Source: Pristiophorus japonicus (taxonomy: Eukaryota). From it: DNA of 64,000 bases. The position numbers were made by a program, and so were the translations under genes. Below, in pieces: positions 11,701-24,819 of the stretch. The stretch spans positions 90,706,001 to 90,770,000 of the forward strand of contig NC_091986.1 in NCBI RefSeq assembly GCF_044704955.1, written 5' to 3'. Numbering within the stretch: position 1 is the first letter of the stretch; every line of letters starts with the position of its first letter. The notes under the pieces were generated by a model. That model searched no databases and was not told the DNA's origin. It was given only the letters and a program-made list of their open reading frames with translations.

Positions 11701-14700
11701 GGGCTCCGTACTAGATCCTTTGCTTTTGTGGTATATATTAATGATTTAAACTTCAATGTAGAGGGAATGATTAGAAGTTTGTAGATGATACAAAAATTGG
11801 CTGTGTGGTTGATAGTGAGGAAGAAAGTTGCAGACTGCAGGAAGATATCAATGGGACTGATCAGGTGGGCAGAAAAGTGGCAAATGGAATTCATTCTGGA
11901 GAAGTGTGAGGTAATGCATTTGGGGAGGGCTAATAAGGCAAGAGAATATACAATGATTGGTAGGATACTGAGGTAGGAACAGAGGGACCTTGGAGTGCAT
12001 GTTCACAGATCCCTGAAGATAACAGGACAGGTAGATAAGATGGTTAAATAAGGCATATGGGATACTTTCCTTTATTAGCTGAGGCACAGAATACAAGAGC
12101 AGGGAGGTTATGCTTGAACTGCATAAAACACCAGTTAGGCCACAGCTGGAGTACTGCGTACAGTTCTGTCACCACATTACAGAAAAGATGTAATTGCACT
12201 AGAGAGGATACAGAAGGGATTTACGATGATGTTGCCAGGACTGGAGAATTTTGGCTATGAGGAAAGATTGGGTAGGCTGGAGTTGTTTTCTTTGGAACAG
12301 GGGAGGCTGAGGGGAGACTTAATTGAGATGTCTAAAATTATGAGGAGCGTAGATAGAGTGGCTAGGAAGAAACATAGAAACATAGAAAATAGGTGCAGGA
12401 GTAGGCCATTCGGCCCTTCAAGTCTGCACCACCATTCAATATGATCATGGCTGATCATGCAACTTCAGTACCCCATTCCTGCTTTCTCTCCACACCCTTT
12501 GATCCCTTTAGCCATAAGAGCCATGTCTAACTCCCTTTTGAATATATCTAACGAACTGGCTTAACAACTTTCTGTGGTAGAGAATTCCACAGGTTCACAA
12601 TTCTCTGGGTGAAGAATTTTCTCCTCATCTTGGTCCTAAATGGCTTACCCTTTATCCTTAGACTGTGACCCCTGGTTCTGGACTTCCCCAACATCGGGAA
12701 CATTCTTCCTGCATCTAACCTGTCCAATCCCGTCAGAATTTTATATGTTTCTATGAGAACCCTTCTCATTCTTCTAAATTCCAGTGAATATAAGCCTAGT
12801 CGATCCAGTCTTTCTTCATATGTCAGTCCTGCTATCCCGGGAATCAGTCTGGTGAACCTTCGCTGCACTCCCTCAATAGCAAGAATGTCCTTCCTCCGAT
12901 TAGGAGACCAAAACTGCACACAATATTCAAGGTGTGGCCTCACCAAGGCCCTGTACAACTGCAGTAAGACCTCCAAGCTCCTATACTCAAATCTTCTTGA
13001 TGTGAAGGCCAACATGCCATTTGCCTTCTTCACCGCCTGCTGTACCTGCATGCCAGCTTTCAATGACTGATGTACCATGACACCCAGGTCTCGTTGCACC
13101 TCCCCTTTTCCTAATCTGTCACCATTCAGATAATATTCTGCCTTCATGTATTTGCCCACTCGCCTAACCTGTCCAAGTCACCCTGCATGCAGCCTCTTAG
13201 AATCCTCCTCACAGCTCACAATGCCACCCAGCTTAGTGTCATCTGCAAACTTGGAGATATTACATTCAATTCCTTCGTCCAAATCATTAATGTATATTGT
13301 AAATAGCTGGGGGCCCAGCACTGAACCTTGCGGTACCCCACTAGTCACTGTCTGCCAGTCTGAAAAGGACCTGTTTATTCCTACTCTTTGCTTCCTGTCT
13401 GGCAACCAGTTCTATATCCACGTCAATACATTACCCCCAATACCATGTGCTTTAATTTTGCACACCGATCTGTTGTGTGGGACCTTGTCAAAAGCCTTTT
13501 CAAAGTCCAAATACACCACATCCACTGGTTCTCCCTTGTGCACTCTACTAGTTACATCCTCAAAAAATTCTAGAAGATTTGTCAAGCATGATTTCCCTTT
13601 CATAAATCCACTTGGACCGATCCTGTCACTGCTTTCCAAATGCGCTGCTATTACATCTTTAATAATTGATTCCAACATTTTCCCCACTACCGATGTCAGG
13701 CTAACTGGTCTATAATTCCCTTGTTTTCTCTCTCCTTTTTTTAAAAGTGGGGTTACATTAGCTACTCTCCAATCCATAGGAACTGATCCAGAGTCTATAG
13801 AATATTGGAAAATGACCACCAATGCATCCACTATTTTTAGGGCCACTTCCTTAAGTACTCTGGGATGCAGACTATCAGGCCCTGGGAATTTATCAGCCTT
13901 CAATCCCATCAATTTCCCTAACATAATTTCCTGACTAATAAGGATTTTCCTCAGTTCCTCCTCCTCGCTAGACCCCGGTCCCCTAGTATTTCCGGAAGGT
14001 TATTTGTGTCTTCCTTAGTGAAGACAGAACCAAAGTATTTGTTAAATTGGTCTGCCATTTCTTTGTTCCCCATTATAAATTCACCTGATTCTGACTGCAA
14101 GGGACCTACATTTGTCTTCACTAATCGTTTTCTCTTCATATACCTATAGAAGCTTTTGCAGTCAGTTTTTATGTTCCCTGCAAGCTTACTCTCATACTCT
14201 TATTTTCCCCCTCCTGATTAATCCCTTTGTCCTCCTCCGCTGAATTCTAAATTTCTCCCAGTTCTCAGGTTTGCTGCTTTTTCTGGCCAATTTATATGCC
14301 TCTTCCTTGGATTTAACACTGTCCCTAATTTCCCTTGTTAGCCATGGTTGAGCCAACTTCCCCATTTTATTTTTATGCCAGACAGGGAAGTACAATTGCT
14401 GAAGTTCATCTATGTGATCTTTAAATGTCTGCCATTGCCTATCCACCGTCAACCCATTTAGTATAATTCGCCAGTCTATCCTAGCCAATTCACGTCTCAT
14501 ACCATCGAAGTTACCTTTCTTTAAGTTCAGGACCCTAGTCTCTGAATTAACTGTGCCACTCTCCAGCTTAATGAAGAATTCTACCATATTATGGTCACTC
14601 TTCCCCAAGGGGCCTCGCACAGCAAGATTGCTAATTAATCCTCTCTCATTACACAATACCCAGTCTAGATGGCCAGCTCTCTAGTTGGTTTCTTGACATA

Positions 14701-15370
14701 TTGGTCAAGAAAACCATCCCTTATATACGCCAGGCAATCCTTCTCCATCGTATTGCTACCAGTTTGATTAGCTCAATCTATATGTAGATTAAAGTCACCC
14801 ATGATAACTGCTGTACCTTTAATGCACGCATCCCTAATTTCCTGTTTGATGCCATCCTCAATCTCACTATTACTGTTTGGTGGTCTGTACACAACTCCCA
14901 CGAGCGTTTTCTGCCCTTTGGTGTTCCGCAGCTCTACCCATACAGATTCCACATCATCCAAGTTAATGTCCTTCCTTACTATTGCGTTAATCTCTTTAAC
15001 AAGTAACGCTACCCCACCTCCTTTTCCTTTCTGTCTATCCTTCCTGAATATTGAATACCCCTGGATGTTGAATTCCCAGCCTTGGTCACCCTGGAGCCAT
15101 ATCTCCGTAATCCCAATTACATCATATCTGTTAACAGCTATCTGCGCAGTTAATTCATCTATCATATCACGAATGCTCCTCACATTGAGACACAGAGCTT
15201 TCAGGCTTGTTTTTTTAACACTCTTTGTCCTTTTAGAATTATGTTGTAATGCCTTAGCAGAGAGGTCAATAACCAGGGGCATAGATTTAAAGTAATTGGT
15301 AAGATTAGAGGAGAGTTGAGAATTTTTTACACCCAGAGGGTGTTTGGGATCTGGAATTCACTGCTTGAAC
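8770..15370 (+). mobile_element. Near full-length degenerate CR1 LINE (ORF1 esterase + ORF2), split by an antisense CR1 at 12370-15250
   Basis: ORF1 SGNH/GDSL-like VVIHSGTNGIG (9303..9578); EN motif VGDFN (10084..10575); RT fragments to 12370; sequence resumes at about 15252 (SITRGIDLK). Confidence 0.85.
12370..15250 (-). mobile_element. CR1 LINE (ORF2 EN+RT, frameshifted)
   Basis: ORFs 14773..15282, 14192..14656, 13412..13924, 13178..13405 (SKFADDTKL) and 12548..13159; (CATAGAAA)n tail at 12370. Confidence 0.95.
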
Positions 15371-15374
15371 CCTA

Positions 15375-15680
15375 TTTAAGGAGGGAGACAGAAAGCAGGA
15401 AACTATAGCTCAGTTAGCCTGACATCTGTCATTGGGAAAATGATGGAGTCCCTTATTAAGGAACCAGTAGCAGGACATTTAGAAAATCATAATACAGTCA
15501 AGCAGAGTCAGCAGGGTTTTATGAAAGGGAAATCATGTTTGGCAAATTTGCTGGAGTTATTTGAGGATGTAACAAGCAGGGTGGATAAAGGGGAACCAGT
15601 AGATGGCGTGTATTTGGATTTCCAGAAGTCATTCGATAAGGTGCCACATAAAAGGTTACTGCACAACGGGGTTGAGGGTA
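15375..15680 (+). mobile_element. CR1 RT fragment
   Basis: GFMKGKSCLANLLE...YLDFQKSFDKVPH. Confidence 0.85.
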
Positions 15681-15682
15681 AT

Positions 15683-15955
15683 GGCCTGGAAATCCCGGCG
15701 CATAGCCTACTTTTACAGGCGTAAGAGTTTTAAAACATACAAAAGTATAATTTAATTAAATTTTAAAAACATATTTTATTGTTAAAAATCCTGCCCACTA
15801 AGATAAGTTTATTTTTAACCCGAATTACAAAACTTTTTTTTTAAAATCGGAAAAAGATATTTTTTTTCTAAGGCATTTATTAACTTTAATTTAAATTAAT
15901 TTTAATTATGTGAGGCGTGTTTTTTTTAATTATGGTGTTTCGTGTGTTTGAGTTC
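15683..15955 (+). mobile_element. Harbinger MITE family A, internally deleted and truncated
   Basis: GGCCTGGAAATCCCGG terminus followed by ATAGCCTACTTTTACAGGCG, as at 52409-52430. Confidence 0.7.
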
Positions 15956-16457
15956 CTCTCCAAATGGCCAGTTTAAGAGTGGCATTCTCAAAAGTGCAGA
16001 ATGCAGAAGAAAAACAAAATGGGTGTAGGGAGGAAAATAATCATTGGAGATTTCTTAATAGATGTTTTTGAGAAAATAATTTAAATAAAAACATTAAATA
16101 CATTCTAAACACCTTCTTTGAAAACAATTCCAAAAGGTTCAGGTGAAATACATTTTTTAAATGTGCTGTTAATTTAATTTCCTGTTTCATTCCAATGTGA
16201 CAAATTAAGATTTTATAAAATTGAAAGCAATTCTTAAAAAGGTAGATTATTAGGATTCCTGATAATGATCAGCTTTGAAAATAAACCCAGCCAATATCCC
16301 ACAGCATACTTACTTCTTATTGCTATTTTAAATAGAAATAAATCTGTTTTATTGTTGGATTAAAAACATCACATTCCAAAAGGATAGGCAATTGTGATCT
16401 CTAAAACAAGCTGTTGCTGTTTAAGAAAATGTAGAGATTTATTGTGATGTTTTCCAG

Positions 16458-16562
16458 TCTTCCTCCAATTACCCAGGAGGAAGCTTTACATATCTTGGGT
16501 TTCAACCAGCCCTATGAAGACATCAGATTTGGACCCTTCACGGGAAATGCAACACTAATGAG
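16458..16562 (+). CDS. BIVM: BIVM coding exon: (S)[34 protein letters not shown](R)
   Basis: TTTTCCAG acceptor, GTAAGC donor, phase 2/2; BIVM peptide. Confidence 0.95.
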
Positions 16563-17310
16563 GTAAGCCATAAAAAGATCAGAACTTTATTACATTAGGA
16601 TTGTAGCAAAAAAAATGCCTTGCACTACAGGACAAACATTTTTCACTATCTTTTTACTGGTTCTGCTCCCTCCCATCTGCCACACCACAGTTCCTTTTTA
16701 TGGCACTTCCAGTTTTGTTTCTTGCAAGATGATCCAGCTGTCATGCTGCATGTTTGGCAGTGCATTTATGAAAAATATTAATTTTAAGTTTTAACAATTT
16801 TAAAAACAAGCTTATCTGACTGATAACTGTATTGCTCATACACTATATGATGCCTTTTCCAGTTTTCTTTCCGTAGAGTTGTTTCCACCCTGATGGCTGT
16901 TTGTTTGATATTTACACATCAACTTGAAAGGGTGGCAAGATACCACTTTGATTATCTTACTTTAATATTCAGGAATATGAAACAGTTCATAACTGCCAAA
17001 TACAATACCTTGAGTGAATACGCATAGGTACTCAGGCCAATGTATATTAATACATGCATTGTCCTAGTTTCCTTTTCATTTCAGATTTGTTTTAAGTTTA
17101 ATATGTTGTTAATGTGTTGTGGCTTGTTTGCAGAAAATGTGTAATGCACAAATGACATTTTCTTCCAAGGTGGGGAAAGGCCCATTGATGGAATTCATAG
17201 GTTTCAACTACTCAAATAAATTGAAGCTGCAACTAAAATTGTCTGAAGAAAAGAGACACTGGTTCTTGGAAAAGACCAATGTTAGAATTCGACATGGTTG
17301 GGAGTAGCGT

Positions 17311-18725
17311 AACATAGAAACATAGAAAATAGGTGCAGGAGTAGGCCATTCAGCCCTTCTAGCCTGCACCGCCATTCAATGAGTTCATGGCTGAACATGC
17401 AACTTCAGTACCCCATTCCTGCTTTCTCACCATACCCCTTGATTCCCCGAGTAGTAAGGACTCCATCTAACTCCTTTTTGAATATATTTAGTGAATTGGC
17501 CTCAACAACTTTCTGTGGTAGAGAATTCCACAGGTTCACAATTCTCTGGGTGAAGAAATTCCTCCTCATCTCGGTCCTAATTGGCTTACCCCTTATCCTT
17601 AGACTGTGTCCCCTGGTTCTGGACTTCCCCAACATTGGGAACATTCTTCCTGCATCTAACCTGTCTAACCCCATCAGAATTTTAAACGTTTCTATGAGGT
17701 CCCCTCTCATTTTTCTGAACTCCAGTGAATACAAGCCCAGTTGATCCAGTCTTTCTTGATATGTCAGTCCCGCCATCCCAGGAATCAGTCTGGTGAACCT
17801 TCGCTGCACTCCCTCAATAGCAAGAATGTCCTTCCTCAGGTTAGGAGACCAAAACTGTACACAATACTCCAGGTGTGGCCTCACCAAGGCCCTGTACAAC
17901 TGTAGCCACACCTCCCTGCCCCTGTACTCAAATCCCCTCGCTATGAAGGCCAACATGCCATTTGCTTTCTTAACCGCCTGCTGTACCTGCATGCCAACCT
18001 TCAATGACCGATGTACCATGACACCCAGGTCTCGTTGCACCTCCCCTTTTCCTAATCTGTCCCCATTCAGATAATAGTCTGTCTCTCTGTTTTTACCACC
18101 AAAGTGGATAACCTCACATTTATCCACATTATACTTCATCTGCCATGCATTTGCCCACTCACCTAACCTATCCAAGTCGCTCTGCAGCCTCATAGCATCC
18201 TCCTCGCAGCTCTCACTGCCACCCAACTTAGTGTCATCCGCAAATTTGGAGATACTACATTTAATCCCCTCGTCTAAATCATTAATATACAGTGTAAACA
18301 GCTGGGGCCCCAGCACAGAACCTTGCGGTACCCCACTAGTCACTGCCTGATATTTTGAAAAGTCCCCATTTGCTCCTACTCTTTGCTTCCTGTCTGACAA
18401 CCAGTTCTCAATCCACGTCAGCACACTACCCCCAATCCCATGTGCTTTAACTTTGCACATTAATCTCTTGTGTGGGACCTTGTCGAAAGCCTTCTGAAAG
18501 TCCAAATATACCACATCAACTGGTTCTCCCTTGTCCACTCTACTGGAAACATCCTGAAAAAATTCCAGAAGATTTGTCAAGCATGATTTCCCTTTCACAA
18601 ATCTATGCTGACTTGGACCTATCATATCACCTCTTTCCAAATGCACTGCTATGACATCCTTAATAATTGATTCCATCATTTTACCCACTACCGATGTCAG
18701 GCTGACCGGTCTATAATTCCCTGTT
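17311..18725 (-). mobile_element. 5'-truncated young CR1 LINE (open RT ORF, 427 aa)
   Basis: ORF 17405..18688 with [10 protein letters not shown] and KFADD; (CATAGAAA)n tail. Confidence 0.95.
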
Positions 18726-19394
18726 ATCTCCTGTTATCATTAAGGACATAATGGCCCAGAAATTCTGCTTTCTCCTTCCCGCGGGCGTTCGACTAGATTT
18801 TAGAGAAAAAATATGCACCTACCTGAAGCTGCTGCCCCCGCTTGACTTTCCGATCTACAGGCCTCCTCTTGCTGTGCATCGCAGCTTGTGCACATCGGGA
18901 CCTACGCAGGCCTGGCTGGCGCTGGAGTCACCTGGCTCTGGGCAGCCAATCAGGTATAGTATATTCTCATTCGTAGTAATAGGAGTTTCGTAAGTCCGAA
19001 ACTCCTATGATTATGAATGAGAAGCCCCACCCCCCCAATTAAAAAAATAGAAAATGTACACTACATATTTACGATTCATTTAAATTAAAGTTATTAATGT
19101 CTTATAAAAAAAGAATATTTTCCCGATTTTAAAAAAAAAAGTTTTTTTAATTATGCCTTAAAATAAACTTATCATTGTGGGGAGGGTTTTTAAACAATAA
19201 AATATGTTTCCGTAACTTTATTTTTATATGTTTTGGTGTGCTTTAAAAAACTTGTGCCTGTACAAGTAAGCTATGCACCTGCTTTTTCAGGTGCAAGATT
19301 TTTGAGGACATTTGTTTGCGTAAATATCGCAAATTTGCAGTTACAAATGTCCTCGCTCCCGATATGCGTGAGATCTGTCAAGCCAGAAACTTGA

Positions 19395-22300
19395 TGTAAT
19401 GTCTGTAAGCTTGTAATGTTTGTAGCTCCACACTGTGGATGTGGACGTATTGTGTACTGCAAGTGCAGGGTTAATAATAAGCAGAACCAGGCAAATTTCC
19501 GGAGGTTTCTGAGAGAGCTGCCTGCTATGTTAGGAACTGTGTGTGCTGTGCTCTGTGAATATATCACATTTGGCGGCAAGATGGGATTTTTCGGATGATT
19601 TAAAGCTTAAATTTTGTTGGGGAAGGATTCAGCCAGCCGACAGAGAGACTTTGGAAGTTTCTGTCTTTGGAAAAAGCTTCAAAATCTGAGGTAAAATACA
19701 GCACACGGGTGTGAACGGCTAGAGATTAAAATGGCAGTTGTAATCAGACATTTGGGAGAATATAGACACGACTGGGAACGTTTTAAAGCATATGTGGATC
19801 GGCTAGAAATGTATTCCAGACAATGCAGTCCAGAACCGGGCTGTGTTGGAACGTAAGAAAGCGATCTTCTTATCGGAGGCAGGTCCGACATGGTACGAAA
19901 ACCTTGTAAATCTGCTTGTGCCTGACGAGCCAAAGGACACAACGCTTAGAGATTTTAACGAAGCTGGATAACCCCAAACCGTTAGAAATTGTTGAAAGCT
20001 ATTGTTTCGGGATTCGGAATCAAAAGACCGATGGAAGTATCAGTGATTACATCGTAGCATTAAAATAGCTATCGATGCACTGTAATTTTGGAAACTTTCA
20101 AAACCGAGCATTACGGGATCGTTTTGTTTATGAGGTGAAAAATGATGCGATCAGAGGGAAGTTATTGACGACGGATGACTTGACTTTTGAGATTGCTTGT
20201 CAGACAGCGAGGTTTATGGGCATGGCCGAACAATATTCCCGAGAATTAAATAATAATTACGGTCGTCAGTCAACCGAGGTAAATCACCTGCAGGTTCAAA
20301 GTAAAAGACGGTGGGGGCCCAAGGTCTCAGAAACTGAAAATTCTAACAGAGCGTCGAAGTCTTGCTATGGATGCCTGGGACAACACATAGCTCAAAGTTG
20401 TCCATACGTGAAGGCAGTGTTTCTTCTGCAGAAAGACTGGGCATCTTGCGAAGGCATGCCGACTGAAGGGTAAACCAGCTTTTAAAGCTATGAGTCCAGC
20501 GTTCAAAGCTATAAGTAGAAATCCCAAGAGACTATATAGCATGGAAGAAAAACAACAGGACGAGGAGATGTTAGAGTTACACGTCATCAGGAGCATGAGG
20601 TTAATGGACAGCGATTTGGAAAGCATCAAAATCCACATAAATGTTGTGGGATTCAAGATACCAATGGAAATTGGCATGGGTGCATCCGTGAGTGTAGTAC
20701 CGGAGTCACTATATCGCGACAAATTGCGTGGTTTCCAGCTGGAGAAATCCAAGCTAGAGCTGTGAGGCTACTCGGGAGAGAAAATTCCTGTGGTAGGCCG
20801 TATCACCGAATTATAAAGATCAATTTCAGAACTTGCCTCTAATATTAGTGAAAGGAGACAAGTCTGCCTTTCTAGGAAGAAATTGGTTGAGCTCACTGAA
20901 GCTGGATTGGAGTAAGATTTTCTGTGTGGAAGCGAGATTTTCATCAACGGATGAGGTTATCAAGAAGTATCCGAAGGTGTTCTGCGAAACGGGCAGTCAG
21001 ATCCAAGGCTTCAAGGCGAGTGTCAGGGTACAGAAGGACGCTAGATCGGTTTACTAAAAGCCACGTTCCATATCATATGCACTCAAGGAGAAAGCTGAGC
21101 AAGAACTCAAAAGACTAGAGACTGAGAACATTATTTATAAGATAGAGCGATGTAATTGGGCTACACCCATTGTTGTGGTACCTAAGTCCGATGGTAAGGT
21201 AAGATTGTGTGGTGATTATAAAGTAACCGTAAACCAGGTTCTAGAGGGTAATGTCCTCAATACATTGCCGAATATAGAAGATTTGTTCACAACACTGACA
21301 GGTGGTCAGATTTTCTCAAAACTGGATCTAAAAATGCTTAATTACAGCTTGAACGAGATGAGGAGTCCAAGTCATGTTTGACTATAAATACTCATCTAGG
21401 CCTATATCAATTTAATAGGCTACCGTTTGGAGTGTCTTCTGTCCCTGCCATATTCCATGGGGTGATGAACCAGATTTTGCAAGGTATTGAAGGGGTAGTA
21501 TGTTATTTGGATGACATACTAATTTCAGCACCAAATAGGCAAATTCATAATAACATATTGAATGAAGTCCTCAAACGGCTAGAGAAGCACAGAGTACGAG
21601 TGTCTGCTCATAAGTGTGAGTTATTTAAAAACTCAGTGGAGTACTTAGGGTAGAGAGTAGACAAAGATGGCTTACATCCAACCATGGAAAAATTGGATGC
21701 AATTAGAAATGCACCCACTCCCAGGAATGTCACTGAACTTCGTTCATTCTTGGGTCCTTTGAACTATTATGGGAAGTTCCTACCAAATTTGGCTACAATA
21801 TTACATCCACTGAATGAACTTTTGAAAAAACAGGTCCATTGGAAGTGGTCAAAAGAATGCGATACAGCATTCAAGGAGTGTAAAAGCAAATTGGTAGAGA
21901 GCACCATGCTATTCACTATGACATATCTAAGGAGATTAAGCTAGCATGTGATGCCTCTCCGTATGGAGTTGGGGCAGTGATCTCTCATGTATCACAGTGT
22001 GGAGGAGAGACCAATTGCTTTTGCCTCACGCACTCTCAGTGCCAGTGAGAGTAATTATGCACAAATTGAAAGGGAAGCTTTGGCATTAATTTTTGGGGTC
22101 AAGAAGTTTCACAGACTTGTATAGTCATAAGTTTACCATCGTTATAGACCATAAGCCCCTAACAACTATCCTCCATCCAAAGTCCCCAGTTCCAACATTA
22201 GCTGCAGCCCGAATGCAGAGATGGACTTTGATTTTGTCAGCATATACATATGATATTGAATACAGACAATCAGCTGATCGCAGTAATGCTGATGCAATGT

Positions 22301-24068
22301 CTAGATTGCCTTCCCCATCACAAGTTACACCCGATAGGGAAGTGTTTTATTTTTCATACATTGATGAACTGCCAGTCACAGCTGAAGAGATTGGTAGAGC
22401 AACCAAACGTGACCCAGTGATGTCAAAGGTGTATGAGTATATTGTAAATGGATGGCCAAACCAGGTAACAGACAAAGATCCACATCCATTCTTCATTCGT
22501 AGGAATGAATTATCAGTCGATAAAGATTGTATCATGTGGGGTGCAATACCAAATAACTTCAGGTCCAAGTTATTAGGAGACCTCCATGACCAGCACCTGG
22601 GAATGTGCTTGACCAAGAGTTTTGCATGCAGTTATTTATGGTGGCCAGGTCTTGATAAAGATATAGAGTACATCGTGAGTCAGTGTACGACATGTCAATC
22701 AGTAAGCAAGCAACCACAACCAGTACCATTACAGCCATGGAAATGGCCTCCCAGGGTGTGCCAAAGGCTACATATTGATTTTGCTGAGTTAGAAGGACAA
22801 CAATTGTTCATTGTGATTGATAGCCATTCGAAGTGGGTTGAGGTGTTTCCAATGTGGAAAATAACAACAAGTAAAACATTGGACATTTTACAAAAATTAT
22901 TTTCTTCATTTGGCCTCCTTGAAGAAATTGTTTCGGATAATGGACCACAATTTCGTTCAGAAGAATTTGCACAATTCACAAGAAAAAATGGTGTGAAACA
23001 TACCAAGGTTCCACCATACCATCCTGCTTCGAATGGTGCAGCAGAGCGCACTGTACAAATTGTAAAACGTGCCCTCATAAAACAAATGTTAGATCCAAAT
23101 CCAAGGAAACGACAGTTGTCATTGGATGTCAAATTGGCTAATTTTTTGATTACATATCGAAATACTCCTCATACAACTACTGGTAAAACACCAGCAGAGT
23201 TGTTTCTCAAATGACAGCCACGAACCAGATTCTCGTTGTTAAAGCCAAATTTGGCACAGTCTGTAGAAGAGACACAATTAAGACAGAAAGAGAATCATGA
23301 TAGAGGTAGAGTAAAAGAGAGAAGTGTGAAATTAAACCAGAAAGTGAGAGTGAAGAACTATCATCATAAATGATTAAAGTGGTTACCCAGAAGAGTGGTG
23401 AAGATATGTGGTCCTCGCACATATTTGGCAAAGGTGTTTGATAATGGACAGGTTAGGTTTGTTCATATTGATCATATTTTACCTACAGACATGGAAGGAG
23501 TTGAAGGTGGGAATGATTCAATTATTTCTGACTCATCACATAGTTTTGATGCACCAGTAACAAATCCTAAATCCAATGTACTGGAATCAAACCCAGGAGA
23601 GAATCAGAATGAAAGTCTGAGTCCGAGTCAGGAAAACAAACAGCCTGAAGTTAGAGTGAGTTCAAATGAAAATCAAGGAAATTCCGTGGAGGAAAACGTT
23701 CCTGAGGATGAGCCTCGAATGAGTTTAGATTCAACACCATGTTCGAGAGCGAAGGTATCCTCTTTGAAACAGAAAACAAGTGGTAAAGTTAAATTTGTAA
23801 ATATGGAAAAAAAATGTTTATATCCTGTGTTATGTATAAACATGATAGTTATGTATGATGTTTGTTATGATGGCTTCTTCATTAAGGAGGGAGAAGTGTA
23901 ATGTCTGTAAGCTTGTAATGTTTGTAGCTCCACACTGGATGTGGACATATTGTGTACTGCAAGTGCAGGGTTAATAATAAACAGAACCAGGCAGATTGCC
24001 GGAGGCTTCCGAGAGAGTTGCCTGCCATGTTAGGAGCTGTGTGTGCTGTGCTCTGTGAATATGTCACA
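19395..24068 (+). mobile_element. Full-length degenerate Ty3/Gypsy LTR retrotransposon (Mag-like)
   Basis: LTRs 19395-19568 and 23897-24068 (TG...CA); TSD CTTGA; PBS TGGCGGCAAGATGGGA (tRNA-Ser-like); PPT AAGGAGGGAGAAG; domain order gag (Zn knuckles), PR, RT (YLDD), RNase H, integrase (SDNGPQF), with many stops and frameshifts. Confidence 0.95.
22093..23214 (+). pseudogene. Gypsy pol RNase H-end/integrase ORF remnant
   Basis: DHKPL; HHCC zinc finger (LHDQHLG...CTTC); HIDFA; VSDNGPQF; SNGAAER. Confidence 0.9.
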
Positions 24069-24399
24069 CTTGACAGATCGGAATAGCCGGTTTTCAGCAC
24101 ATGCGCATTGCGCGATGAAAATCGGCTTTTCCGATGCCTTCCCGGGTCCGTAGAAACTTCGTACGGGCCCGGGGATGTCGGAATTTCAGGCTAAATATAA
24201 TTGAGGAGGTCAGATATTATGTAATCTAAACTCATATGCAAAGCTGGGATTAAATTGCAACCTTATACTTGCTCCCTACCATCCATATATTTTAAATATA
24301 AATATATATTCCATTTGTGTGTAAGATATATGCAAAATATACATTTTGGTCTTAATGATATGAAAATAATGCTTATGACCATTTTTTTGTCTTCCTTCC

Positions 24400-24740
24400 T
24401 AATTTTCCACTCCTCTCCTGAAGACATTTAAAGCCCTCAGATACTCACCCATGTAGGCATTTTCCATGTGTGAGGTTGTCAGTGAGTATCAGTAAGTTAC
24501 TTTACCAAGGGGGCAAAACAGTTGAATCTGATATGCCCACAATGGTACTTCCAGCAGAGTTACTGGATAATGATTAGAAATAGGATCCTGTGGATGATTT
24601 TTTTTTCCACACCCTCACCTCCAACCTGGTGGGGTACAAGACCAGGTCATTACCATCATGGCTTCCTGTGCTGTATTATTCTATGTTCTATGCATGCTGA
24701 AATCACCTAACAGCACAGATTGCGGATTGAATTTGGGGAC
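24400..24740 (-). mobile_element. Degenerate tRNA-head SINE
   Basis: Similar to 1710-2080 and to the reverse complement of 49060-49385. Confidence 0.5.
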
Positions 24741-24819
24741 CATACTACTAGATAAATTGACTGAGGAGCTTATGGCATTTAAAAGTAGAGCTGAAATTGC
24801 ATTGAATACTAGTGTATGC

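Larger units (their letters stand above)
18753..24193 (-). mobile_element. Harbinger MITE family A, interrupted by the Gypsy element
   Basis: TIRs GGCCCAGAAATT / GGAATTTCAGG; AAT flanks; reverse-complement match to 52164-52926; halves 18753-19394 and 24069-24193 rejoin. Confidence 0.8.

Noticed and set aside
12753-13715. Recurrent ORFs such as MNLRCTPSIARMSF and MFLPPKWITS at many loci
   Set aside because: Antisense frames of CR1 ORF2
23395-23901. Possible env-like or extra ORF in the Gypsy element
   Set aside because: It continues the integrase C-terminal region (GPRTY) with a low-complexity tail; no signal peptide or transmembrane segment is evident
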